From: Octopus bimaculoides
Taxonomy: Eukaryota
Reading direction: 5' to 3'
Length of the DNA: 64,000 bases
Assembly (NCBI RefSeq): GCF_001194135.2
Contig: NC_068984.1
Span: 57,746,786 to 57,810,785, forward strand
The notes under the pieces were generated by a model. It ran no database searches, had not been told where the DNA came from, and saw nothing but the letters and a program-made list of their open reading frames with translations. Both the position numbers and the translations under genes were made by a program. Below, piece after piece: positions 25,567 through 38,046 of the stretch. How positions within the stretch are numbered: position 1 is the stretch's first letter; each line of letters starts with the position of its first letter.

Positions 25567-26051
25567 AACACTTTGAAATTATATATTGAAAATTCAGACG
25601 GCTAATATGTGTTAGTGCCTCTTCATGTCTACACAAGAAATGTGGTTCTTCATGAACTTCTGCAGTGAATCATACCCGTATAGTATTTTGGGAGTGATAA
25701 ATATAATTTTCTCATTTTCCTGTTATTTTGACATTTTTATTTACTTTCTCGTCCTCTAATTATCAACTTTCCTCGGGTAACTTTTTCAATAATAATTCCG
25801 TCTTTATTGACGGCTGGGGTATTCTAATATGTGTGTGCGTGTGTGTGTAAAAACTAACACTCCCTTTTTCCGAGCTGAGATTCGAAACCGAATCTAAGGA
25901 TTCTCGCTTGTCTGATCCACCACTAATCAAACAGGCGTGAAAGAAATTTCTTTGTCCTGTCAAATTATGATGGATTGTTTCCCTTCGACCTCAGCCGTGT
26001 CATTTAAGGTTCAAGTGGACAGGAGGTGACTACTTAGGTAGGAATTTCTTT

Positions 26052-26547
26052 TGTGGTATGTCTGTCCTTCTAGCTTTCACGACTTTTATAAATACAGTAA
26101 TCCGTCAAGGGACAGTCAGTCAGAGAATCTTGTCAGAGACAGACGGTCAGTGAGAGAAGTAGTCAAGTCAGGGACGGAGAGAGAGAGAGACGCGCCACGA
26201 GATAGCCAGCCAGTAATTTCTCAGATATTCAACATGAACGACAGTCGCTATCGCAGAACATAAACAGACACCACTGGATGACCAACGCACACACAGACAC
26301 AAACCATGTCCGGTTCTACCCTATCGTATCCGCAGTATGTACCCTGTTACTTTCTTCGCCAGCTCGAAGCAGTTGGTAATGATGTGATGTAGTGAAATAT
26401 TTTTGTATATACAAGTAAATGCAAGTGTCGTTTAAATAAATTATTTAAACTACAAACCGATGTTTTTCCATTATTTTACTTTGAAGTCGTCCACATGCCT
26501 ATTTCATCTGCTATCTCAACATCTTGTGCTACACCATTTCCACTACA
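26052..26547 (+). mobile_element. Solo-LTR-like segment
   Basis: TGTGGT...CCACTACA ends, TATAAATA near 26087, AATAAA near 26434, CpG-rich interior; no TSD match. Confidence 0.45.
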
Positions 26548-27009
26548 TATATATTACCAGTAATACACACACGCACGCACATACATACATACATACAATC
26601 CGAAATGTGCAGTATCATATATCCATCACGGCTGATCGTACCAATCGGTTTCGCGTTAGGAATACAACGGAGTGTTAGGTAACAATCCGATTATATAACA
26701 TTATGTTCATCAGAGTTCGCCAATATGAAAGGGAATATGGCGACTGCTACTAGTAATATATATATATATATATATATCATCTTCCATGTTACATCAAGCG
26801 AAATATCCCGTAACATGAAATTGACTTTTCTATTGATTTTCACATTGTAAAGTGGTGATGCCAACAAAACTAAACAAAACGATCGCTTACATGTATAAAA
26901 ATAACTTCTAAACAATATATTTATACACAATAACATTTGAGGACAAATACGCCTAGCAATAATTTTTTTAAAAATCATAATATTGTAATAGGATATGTTC
27001 TTAACACAG

Positions 27010-27171
27010 ACGTTGAGTACTATGTGAAGGATGGTGATAGTGGAATGAGAGTTATTGACAGGGTGAATGTCACTGCTTCTATCATATAGTACATCAACAT
27101 CTACTCGAGGGTCGATGAACATCTGAAATTGTTCGATATTTATGGTACATTATCTCGTTGTACAGCTCAGG
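27010..27171 (+). pseudogene. Candidate symmetric phase-1 exon with one in-frame stop
   Basis: TTAACACAG| ... CAGG|GTAAGA; 162 nt reading (D)VEYYVKDGDSGMRVIDRVNVTASII*YINIYSRVDEHLKLFDIYGTLSRCTAQ(G), TAG at 27087-89. Confidence 0.35.
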
Positions 27172-27282
27172 GTAAGAACTAAGCTCATTTTAAATTCGTT
27201 TGTAATTTTTGTATTGCGTTCACGATTAGGGTCCTTATCAGTAAAAAACATTCTCTGTATCATCACTTTAGCAGTATTCATT

Positions 27283-27472
27283 ACGCGCGGGCGAAATGCT
27301 TAACGGTATTTCGTCTGACTTTACGCTCTGAGTTCAAATTCCGCCGAGATCAACTTTACCTATCACCTTTTCGGGGTCGATAAATAAAGTACCAGTTGCG
27401 TACTAGGGTCGATCTAATCGACTGGCCCCCTCCCCCAAAATTTCGGGCATTGTGCCTAGAGTAGAAAAGAAT
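27283..27472 (+). repeat. SINE family A copy (CpG-retaining, likely young)
   Basis: CTGAGTTCAAATTCCGCCGAG...TTCGGGGTCGATAAA...GTGCCTAGAGTAGAAAAGAAT. Confidence 0.85.
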
Positions 27473-27695
27473 ATTCATTACTCTCAATTTAAGTGGAGTT
27501 TGAATTTTTTTGTTCTTATTCTAACATTAATTCCTCCTTTGATATACTTTCTCTATGAGACACTAGATACTCAGTCACATTTTCCTCTAAGGTTTCTTTA
27601 AACCCTACAATATCTACGAACGTATCAGTATCCTTCGATCCTTACACCCAAGAGTCGTCCCATTTTAAGCACCATACTGGTTAGATCTATGAAGC

Positions 27696-27941
27696 CAGTG
27701 GTTCTAAACTATTTTTTTGTCCATGGATCCATTTCATTCCTACTTTACATTTCTAGCCATTCGATATATATAAAAAAAAAAGCCCTACTGTATTTTTATA
27801 ATGAAATATTATTAGGAATGTATAAAAGTTAAAATATTTCGTGTATTCTAGAAGTATAAGCAATTTATTGCACATAAAATTTAACCAGAAAATCTTACAT
27901 GGACCCCCAAGGGCCATATGGGTCCCAGTTGAAAACTAGTG
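27696..27941. mobile_element. hAT-type MITE
   Basis: CAGTGGTTCTAAAC ... GTTGAAAACTAGTG termini; interior shared with 61760-62109. Confidence 0.65.
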
Positions 27942-29384
27942 CTCTAAACACTCAATGGAGTAACTGCTTGAGTACAGAACTTAATTTTCATTAACGAACA
28001 AAATTAATTTCCATTTTGACCAGTATAACGTAAAATTTGACAAAATCACGCGATGTTTTCTAATTTAAGCTTTAATTTTGGCAAAAGCTTAGGAAAATGT
28101 TACCAGCTTAAACAGCATTATTAGAAATGCATCTTTAAACTCAAGTTATTGTACGTATTGTATGGTTAACAACTTTACAATATGAATGATGCAATTGGTG
28201 TAATAAATTCTTTGTCAGTGTAGCGCTAAAATAGTCAGAAAAGTCTAAAACTCAGAAACAACAGAACTCGTAATTATTATGGTGGGGGAGCATTCACTTT
28301 TGTTGATGGGGTTTTGACTTCATTATGTTCGCCCAAAAATCACTATTGTTGATGATAATTCTTGTCAAGAAAAGCAATGAGTTAAATACAAAATTCATCG
28401 TATTGACCAAAATGGTTTGATCTAGAGATAAAGACTAAAAAGCAATTCGAGAAGTCGGAAACGAATATTTCACTACTGGTCTTCCGTACAAGAAATATTG
28501 ATCAATGCTATTTATACTCATAATACCGGAATGGTTTACTCTTTGGTAAGACAATTCTAAATTATTTACTTAATGATTATAATTGTATTCTAATACTGAT
28601 TTGAGCTGGGGGGGGGGATCTATATATTCTTCGCTAATATAAGACACTTGAACGACAATAATGAAAGCTTTTAATACCATCGCAAGGCTATTCTATTCTC
28701 TCCCAGACTGAAATCAGTGGTTAATTCTCCTAATTATGATGAATGATGACAGAGAAATCTAATTCAATTGTAGTTTTTACCTCTGAATATGTAACAATTG
28801 ATAGATAGGGAAACACCTTTTTCGCTATCTTCCCTTAAAAGATATTAAATATTTATCTGCGTCTATATTCTTAATAATGACCAGATGTGTCCCAGTTCTT
28901 GCCTTATATACAGCACTTTAGATATTTCATATGCCGACCTCGTGGGCATTATATATATTCACCACAAAAGTTAAATAATATCTTTTAAAAAATTAAATAA
29001 AACAAAACTGCGTGTAAAAATGAATATTATTATGTTCGCTTAAATAAACTTGTTGGTTTATCTTATTGTCTTTCAAACTATGTAAGGAAAAACAATTAAA
29101 GCATCAATATCTAACTAGTACCATCAAAAGCTTCCTCCTTTGCAAAAACTTTCACTTTTGTCGAAACTGGAGGAATAACTGGTGTTTGTTGACAGCTGGC
29201 TATTGTCAACAATAATCAACAATATTACAAGTATACTTGCTCTCTGCAAGCGTTACTACTTTAATAATCAGAAAAGTATTTTTAAATGGGATATTTGTAC
29301 AACATTGAGAGTTTTAAAATATCAATACCTGTCAAAATCTACCTAAATTTGATAATTACCGTATTTGATGGTTTCAAATTTAAG

Positions 29385-29582
29385 CACAAGGGCAGCGATT
29401 CGGGTAAGTGGGTAAGTCGATTACATCGATCCCAGTGCTCAACAGGTACTTATTTTATCAACCCCGAAAGGATGAAAGGCAAAGTCGACCTCGCGGAATT
29501 TGAACTCAGAATGTAAAGGCAGACGAAATGCTACTTGGCATTCTATCTGGCGCGTTAACGATTCTGCCTGTTCGCCGCCTTA
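29385..29582 (-). repeat. SINE family A copy
   Basis: CCCCGAAAGGATGAAAGGCAAAGTCGACCTCGCGGAATTTGAACTCAGAATG. Confidence 0.85.
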
Positions 29583-30094
29583 AGTTAGACCTAACTTTAA
29601 TGCGCTAAAAACTTTTTTCCTGGATAAGCTCTGCTCAGATTGAAGTGTGTCTTTTATGTCATCAAATACGGTATTTATTAAAATAAGAGAAACTCCCATA
29701 CAATAGAAAGAAATTACCTAATGCGCCAAAACCTTTGGAAGGGTTTCCAAAGTTCTTCGGAATTTGTATGTTTTTAGCTTTGCATATTATGAATAAAAAA
29801 AAAAAGAAAAAGGATGAGAAAGGTTGTCTGCCTCTCCACCGTGTAACTTTTCAAATTTAAATCACTTTGTTCTTCTTCCTCTCCTCCTTTGTCTCCTCTT
29901 CCTTCTTCAGATTTACGTATAAACATTTGAGATTAGGATTTTTCAAAATTGTTGCATAACGTAATCCCGACAAAAAATTTTGAAGATGTCAAAACGGAAA
30001 ATTTACAACAGAAAAGCAAAAAATTAACCCCTCCTAAGTTTTTTTGTTTTTTTTCCTAACTCCGAAATTCGTAATGTCTAAAACATACAAATCG

Positions 30095-30570
30095 GTGAGC
30101 TGACAGAATCGTTAGCACACCGGGCAAAATGCTTAGCGATATTTCGTCCGTCTTTGCATTCTGAGTTCAGCCGACTTAGCCTTTAGTCCTCTGTGGATCG
30201 ATAAAATAAGAATCAGTTGAGCACTGGGGTCGATGTAGTCGACTTACCTCCTCCCGCAAAAATTCCAGACCTTGTGCCTGTAGTAGAAAGGAATGTTTTG
30301 AGATGATATTTTCTTTTGCGATGGTGGGCGGGTAGCTGTGTGTGTGTGTGTAGTTTACTTCGCAACCATAAGGTCTCCGGTTCGAACCCTTGACTTGGTA
30401 CCTTAGGCAATTGCCATTTTCTCAGGTTAACAGATACTTTCTGAGTTGTACAACTTGATTCTGCCTGAAGGATTGCGTCAAGGGTGTACATATCTGTGGA
30501 ATGCTCATCCACTTTGGCATCAATTCAGATTGAACAACTGAATCCTCATTGTCGAACAGCCGGAGGTCCA
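30095..30570 (+). repeat. SINE family A copy followed by a degenerate family D copy
   Basis: Family A motifs at 30095-30292; AAGGGTGTACATATCTGTGGAATGCTCATCCAC resembles the reverse complement of the 42137-42461 element. Confidence 0.7.
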
Positions 30571-30698
30571 CGACCCAGAATTTCTTGATATGAATGTTTG
30601 CAGTAATTCAGTGAAAAAAGACATGATTTACAAAAGTAAACAGTAAAAAAATGGAGAGAGAAATAATAAAGTCAGTAAATACATTATCAGCATATAGT

Positions 30699-31075
30699 GC
30701 AGACGTGGCTGTATTGTAAAAAGCTTGCTTTTCAACCACATGGTTCCGGGTTCGGTCTAACTGCGTGGTATCTTGTGCAAGTGGTCTTCTACTATAGCCT
30801 CTTACTGACCAAAGCCTTGTGAGTGGACTTGGTAGATGGAAACTGAAAGAAGCTTGTCATGCGTGTGTTTGTCCTTGTTCCCCACTACCGCTTCACAGCC
30901 GGTATTGGTGTGTTTACGTCCCCGTAACTTAGCGGTTCGGCAAAGAGGCCGATAGAGTAAATACCAGGCTTAACAAAAAAATAAGTACTGGGGTTCATTC
31001 ATTCGACTAAAAATTCGTCAAGGTGGTGCCCCAGTATGACCGCACTCTGATGACTGAAACAAGCAAAATATAAAG
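30699..31075 (+). repeat. tRNA-derived SINE family B copy
   Basis: GCAGACGTGGCTGTATTG...GGTTCCGGGTTCGG head; body homologous to 19757-20131. Confidence 0.85.
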
Positions 31076-32999
31076 ATGGCAGAGTTAAAAAGTCACGCCA
31101 GGTGGAAACTGGTGTTTCCATCACCACCACCTGGATGAGTCGATTCATATCTTCATCATATCTATTGTATCCAGTAATGGTGATATTGGATCATGTCTTT
31201 AGAAATAGATACCCATAAACACCACCTGTTATCAAAGAACCAAAATATATTTTTTAGTCCAAGGGAGATAAATCTAACTTAGCAACCGGGATTATCCTAC
31301 TTATTGTTCCGATATGGTTTCTTAAATTGGCATTTAAATTTTAAAAACAAGATACTATATTTGTAATCAACAACGATATCGAGATGTAAAACAATAAATG
31401 AGTCTGTTAGGAATCATTACAGTAGAATTGATCAGGGGTCAAACTTTAAGCTAAAGGCTTTATGTGTTTTTGAGTATATATTTACCTTAACTTGTCTAAA
31501 ATATCATCCGTCATAAATTTTTTTTGTTTGTTTTTTGTTTTTTCCAGGATTTACCGTCACCAAAATCAAGGCGAATACAATTAAAGGTTGAGTCGATTCA
31601 GATCTTTAATAAATCTATTGTATCCAGTAATGGAGATGCCTTTAGGAATTAACAGTTTTCACGCCTTATTAAAACTTGTATGTATTAAATAAATGTTACC
31701 ATTTTCATGTAACAATTATCATGCAAGCTCAGCATTTAAGAATATAGATAGTTATGAAAGTTTTTTATAAGTAAAAACGTATCTCAGCCTTAAAGTAGAA
31801 TATTTACTTCTTCATATGCTGAAATTATCTTCCAAATAGTTTTCTTTACGGTTCACATGTAAATTCATTTTAGAACAATCTTTCCATTCTTCAGTATATG
31901 GAAAAGAACTTTGCGTTTTTCTTTTAAAATAAACTCTGAGCTAGTACTTCTTTTTTTTTTTCTTTTTTTTTTCATCAACTCTCAGGGAAAGAAATCACAT
32001 TATTACATCACATCTACTCACTGATATGGCACAGCTAAAACCTTTGCAATCTTTGTATTAAGTTTATGTTCTTCTAAGCTCATCATAATTATGTGTCACC
32101 TTCACTTACTTCTGCTTGATGCACCTATCTCTCATCCCAACATTATTTCCAGATTCAAAACACTTTTCTCAATCTTACTTCTCCAGAGCCTTACCCTTCT
32201 AGAACTCCTCTTTTATTTATGTTTTCCCAAATACAAAACTTTAACAATTCAAAGTGAATATATCATCTAGATATACCACAGGGAATGTCTTTCAAGTTTT
32301 AATGAGTTTATAGCAAGACCAATTTTTATTATGGCATATTGAAGACGATCAACCTTTTATAGGCTCAGCATAATAATCTGTAATGGTTGGTTGTCTTACC
32401 TATCATGTGAGTTCTGAACATTGGTTGAGTATTACACGGAATTTGGATCACGGATCCAATTACGTTGTGCATAATACATTCTCAAACAACTAATCTGAAT
32501 GTGCTCTGGAGCCTACCCTTTTTCTATAAATTGGTGTAACAAATCATCTATGAGCATAGGGAAAAGTTAATTTCTTGTATTATTTCCTCAAATGAACACG
32601 CAACATATTATATAATGGTATGCAAAATTTCACAGTAAAACCAAACGAGATGTTATTCTGCGCTGTTAAAAGTTATTGAAACATCACTGAAGATTGTATT
32701 CAGCTAACGTGTTGGGAAAAGTCAGCCTAATAGAACCCATTCCTCTCTAACATGTTTATTAAGGTTGGATATTAAAATCACAAGGTGAGAGTGAAATGAA
32801 ATCACTTAACTTTGTCAAGAACCTGTGTCACACACTCCTTTGAAGTTTATTATCTACATTTACAAATGTTCCAGTTTAGAAGAGTCCATAAAACTATGGC
32901 TACCAACTATTTTTTCTCAAGTTAACTAAAATATTCAATGTTAATGCATACAACAGTGTAGGCAGCCATCACTCGTGAATGAAACCATAGTACATGCTA

Positions 33000-33320
33000 C
33001 CAACTTATTCACAAATGATGACTGGTTAACATGTACCACGGTTTGGAAATTCTTTTACGTGCCTATGAAGTTGCAAGCAGATATAACCTCCTCTGCTCTT
33101 CATCTTTGGCCCAACAGAACATCCAGGATGTGACAGTAGAGAAATAGAGGGATGCACTAGCACTCAGCTGGAACTCATTTCAGTTGAGTAGACTGGAACA
33201 ATGTGAAAAAGAAGTGCCTTGCTCAAGGACACAATGCACCACTCAATCCTGGAACTGAACCCATGTCCTTATGATTATGTGACAAACACCCTAACCATCA
33301 TGCCATATGCCTTCACTGCA
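33000..33320 (-). repeat. tRNA-headed SINE family E copy
   Basis: GTGCCTTGCTCAAGGACACAATGCA...CCCTAACCATCATGCCATATGCCTTC is the reverse complement of the head seen at 62884. Confidence 0.65.
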
Positions 33321-33799
33321 TACAATTGAAAAGCAAAAAATGTAGCACCAACTTGGCTGGCAAACATGACCTAAGCATTTGAATATGTAAGTCACCTAGC
33401 TATAAAATGGTACCATGGGTGGGTATATCCTACCATTATAAGCAGCATTAGAACTGTATAGTTAATTTTTTCTCAGCTTTGCAATGCTACATTCAATCCT
33501 ACTGTGGACCAGAATAATGATAGAAGCATTAATATTGTTTCCCTATCAGTATCATATCAAAGTGATAATGACTTCTTACATATGAACAATACCTCAAATA
33601 TGTAAGAAAAATTTCAGTTAATTTAATGCACATGAATACATGGATGACATAATATTCTATTAACCTTGAAGATATGTGAGTTGAACTCAAATATACAGTA
33701 ATTACAAGTCATGTAAGATATTTTAGTCTTGTTTACTCTTGTTTCATGCTGTAATAATAATGTCTAACTTCATGCTGTAATAATGTCAATAACAATGGT

Positions 33800-36660
33800 T
33801 TCTAATTTAGGTACAAGGCCAGCAGTCAACCACAGTACTTAACTGTTACTTTGTTTTATGAACCCTAGAGAGTTGAAAAGCAAAAGTTGGCCTTGGCTGG
33901 AGGTAAGCTCAGAATGTAAAGAGCAGGAAAAAAAACTTGCAAAACATTTTTACCAAAGCTCTAATGATTCTTGCAATTCACTGCCTTCATAATACTGTCA
34001 AATCCTTTTCAAGACAGCTCATCTGCCACTGGCTTTCTTCTGGCACCCAGCTCTTGCATGTAGCTCTATAAACTGTATACAGCAGTGTTCCACCTTTTGG
34101 GCAATGATTGAGAGTAGTCAATGGTTTTTCTGGCACTCAGAGAAATTCTGTCAGTGATCAGGTTGTGGTGAACAGGAAGATGATACTGAGCAAAACTCTT
34201 GGGTATATATCTCAGAGCATGACAAGCTATGCAGATTATTGAGATTATCCCACTGCATCCTTGATATACTTCCAGCTATCTTTGTCTGCCTGCCACTGAT
34301 TCAAGAAGTCATGGAGGAGAAAGTGATACTGGTCATCTAGCACAGCTCTCCATCTCTAAATGTTTAGTGCAATTTCTTCAAACCACAGATGACAGACCTT
34401 TCATTGTGGTGGTCATGGTATCATGTCTCTACAACAATGAAATTATTTTCACTTCCATAGTTTCATTGCATAGAAGATGTGGTATAGGCAGAAGTGGTCA
34501 TAGGTCTCTGCTTACTTGTATGGCTACATACTCCATTCTTCATACTCTTAAAGAAGTTATGTTGATGTACAAGATGAGCCTTGGCCATCTACAAAAACCA
34601 AAGAGGGACAGGATAATAATCCTTTCTGCTATAGGCACAAGACCTGAAATTTTAGTGGGATGGGGGCTAATCAATTATATTGACCCCAGTACTTGACTGG
34701 TGCATATTTGATTGAAGCATTTTGTCCAGCATGCTAACAGTTCTGAAAACTCACCACTTTAGAGGAACAAGACAATAATAATAATGGTTTCAAATGTTGG
34801 CACAAGGTCAGTAATTTTGGGGGTGCAGCTAAGTTGGTGACATCAACCCCAGCACTCAGCTGGTACTTATTTTATCAACCCCGAAAGGATGAAAAGCAAA
34901 GACAACCTTGGTATAATTAGAACTCAGAACATAAGGATGAACGAAATGCCACTAAGCATTTTGTCCAGCAAGCCAACAATTCTACTAGTTCGCCATCTTA
35001 CAAGATAATAAAGATAATTATTATACAGCTCTCTCACCTCACAGGCCATTCACCAATACTTTCCAACATGATTGTAATTTACTTTCATTATATCTGACAC
35101 TGGAATCAACTTCCTATGCATTTCTGTCATTATCAACATCTATTTATGAAAAAGAGAGATAATCTCAAGACCCTAGAATTCTCCAAAGTTGACATGCCAC
35201 TAAAGAAAAGAACAGGTTTGTTATCTAGAGATAGGAGAATAATTGTGGACATGCATTTCTATCTCAATAGGCATCATCAGCTCAACAACTGTTCTACTCT
35301 ACAGACTTATACAAAAAGAATAGAACACATTTATAGGCTAGGTAATTTGCATAAATTAAACTAAAATGAGTTTAAGAGAAATAACTCAAAGTGGCCAGTG
35401 GCATGTATATGAACAGCATTGGTAAATACATGTATATCAAACACCATACAACATAAATTCACACACATGCCTATAGATGTATATATAGTTTTTACTAGTT
35501 ACTATGCTATCAGGTTTCAACCTATTCAAGATGAAATAGAGCCTTCAGCACAAGCCTACTACAACAATCACATTGATATGCTCAACAACTTCTCCTCCCC
35601 TTCTAAATATACGTTGTAATAGGGGTTGTCTCCCTTCCTCCCCTCCCTCTAACAGATGTTTTGATGGACAGACAGATCAGCTTCTCTTATAATGTGCTAG
35701 CTCAAAAACTGTATTCCGTACAGACTTTTAGGCTTGCTCCTGTGGAAGGCTAACTGGGCCTGAGATAAATTCATATACATATATGAATAATAATCTTTTC
35801 TGCTATAGGGACAAGGTGTGAAATTTAGAGGAAGAGGAAACTTGATTACATCAGACCCAGGGCTCAACTGGTACCTGTTTTATCAACCCTGAAAAGATAA
35901 AAGGTAAATTCAACCTTGGTGGAATTTGAATTCAGAATGTAAAGATGGAAGAAATGCTACTAAGCATTTTGTCCAGCATGTTAATAATTCAGCCAGCTTG
36001 CCACACCTTACATATATAAATAATAATAATCGTTTCAAGGTGGTGAGCTTGCAGAATAATTAGCATGCTGGGCAAAATACTTAGCAGCATTTCATCCATC
36101 TTTATGTTATGAGTTCAAATTCCACCAAGGTTCACTTTGCTTTTCATCCTTTTGGTGTTGGTGAAATAAGAACCACTCAAACACTGGGGTAATCAACTTA
36201 CCCAGTTCTCTGAAATTACTGGCCTTTTGCCAAAACTTGAAACCAATAATAATCTTTTCTACCGTAGGCACAAGACCATAGTGATCAACTGATACTTATT
36301 CCCTCGATCCCGAAAGGATGAAAAGCATAGTCAACCTTAGTGGAATTTGAATTCAGAAAATAAAGTTGGACAAAATGCCACTAAGCATTTTGTTCAACAT
36401 GTTAATGATTCCACCAACCTGCTGCCTCACGTATGCAGATAATAATGGTTTCAATTTTTGGCACAAGGCCAGCAATTTTGAGGGAGGGAGCAAATTGATT
36501 ATATTGACTCCAATGTTCAACTGGTGCTTATTTTATCAACCCTGAAAGGATGAAAGGCAAAAGTGACCTCAGAGGAATTTGAACTCAGAACATGAAGCCA
36601 GTAGAAATACCAATAAGCATTGTGTCTGGCACACTAATGATTCTGCCAGCTCACCACCTT
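33800..36660 (-). repeat. Cluster of about 7 SINE family A copies (six minus, one plus at about 36040-36245)
   Basis: Repeated GGCACAAGG...AACTGG...TATCAACCC.GAAAGGATGAAA...GGAATTTGAACTCAGAA units with (AAT)n linkers. Confidence 0.85.
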
Positions 36661-37049
36661 ACATAAGTAAATAGTAATAATAATAAAGATTATATGGCAT
36701 CGATTTCCGTAGAATGAGGATATGGTAATGTTAACCAGCAGTTATTTGAAAAGTTTTGATATCTACTCATTGAGTAATATTTTGCTAACTAGGCTTATAG
36801 GTATCACAATTTGAGTCAAGCAAAAATATATAGTCAGCTATTATTTACTACCTTATATCTTATCTGTTTGATTTGTTACTAAAATTATCCCAACTAACAA
36901 AAATTTTGCCACTTTTCAAGATGAGGTACATTAATTTGAATTAATTAAAATACAGGTATAATTGGTACAAGATTTTATTCTTTCAGTAAATATTTCGTAC
37001 CTCAGTGTGGAATAATTTTTTTTCCACAGTTTTTTTGGGTGCATTCAAC

Positions 37050-37778
37050 ATATCTGAACTCAAACCTGCCGCAAGCCACTTTTTTTCTGGAAAAGAAAGG
37101 TGGAAGGGGTGGTGGGGGCTTTGAAGTTTCCCACCAAGGGAGTTTTGTTTTGCAGGTTTTTTTTTTTTCTCAGGTTATTTTGCATGGTTTCAACAAATGT
37201 GACATCGAAATCATGTGTAAACAACTCCTTTTTCCAGAAAAGGAAAAATTTAGCTGCATTTCTAGCATGCCCTGCTACCATGAATCAGCTATTTGCATTC
37301 ACACCGAAATATTTACCAACTTTTTCCTTCCATTTATTTTTTCCATTTTATGGAAGTCAATATTTTCTCTGTTGACATCCACCTCAGCAAGATCACGGAT
37401 CAAGTGGAAACACATCAACTACTGTTCCCTCTTGACAGGACAAAGAAATTTCCCGCTGTCTTTCCAAGTAACAAGTAGGTGGCTTTGGTTTTAAATCCAG
37501 GCAAAGCCAAATGAGATCCTACAAGTTATAATAATAAGTGGCGTTGTATCGGGGTTGAAAGAATGACACGTACAATATTAAATATGCTAAGACAATCTGA
37601 AAACAATAGAAACTTTTAAATGTTTACCAGGTTTTATGAAATTTTGAGTTAACAGAAGTTAAATGTAATAGAAGTTAATTAGTCTGATAATGATTTTCAA
37701 ACTTAACTTAAAAGTTAAATTGTTAACAAAAATGTTAACTTCGTTAATTAATGATTAACGGACTTACATCCAGCTCTG
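37050..37778 (-). mobile_element. Possible hAT element end with decayed BED-finger-like sequence
   Basis: Minus-strand terminus CAGAGCTGG, followed by TTAAC-rich subterminal repeats; broken frames KVGKYF...AC*KC...RCHIC. Confidence 0.3.
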
Positions 37779-37866
37779 TATATATATATTATATTATATA
37801 TATATTGTCAGTAGTTCATATATCCAAAAAAGAAGCACACATTAGAGCTGTAATACATTCTTTAGA

Positions 37867-38010
37867 AAGTTAAAGCTATGGCCGGTCATAAAGTGACTAT
37901 TGCTTTCGCAACTATAAAGCACTTAGCAGTATAGGAGTTGTGTATACTGTTAAGTACTTTATAAATGTGAAACTAATGGTCACTCTATGACCAGCCATAA
38001 CATTTAACTT
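37867..38010. repeat. Imperfect 144-bp palindrome (MITE-like)
   Basis: AAGTTAAAGCTATGGCCGGTCATAAAGTGAC ... GTCACTCTATGACCAGCCATAACATTTAACTT, inner stem TATAAAGCACTTAGCAGTATA/TATACTGTTAAGTACTTTATA. Confidence 0.7.
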
Positions 38011-38046
38011 CTTGAAAAAAAATATACATACATATATATATATATA

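Noticed and set aside
26691-27122. 143-aa minus-strand ORF
   Set aside because: AT-rich, crosses a (TA)n tract and has no recognisable motif; the plus-strand exon reading is better supported
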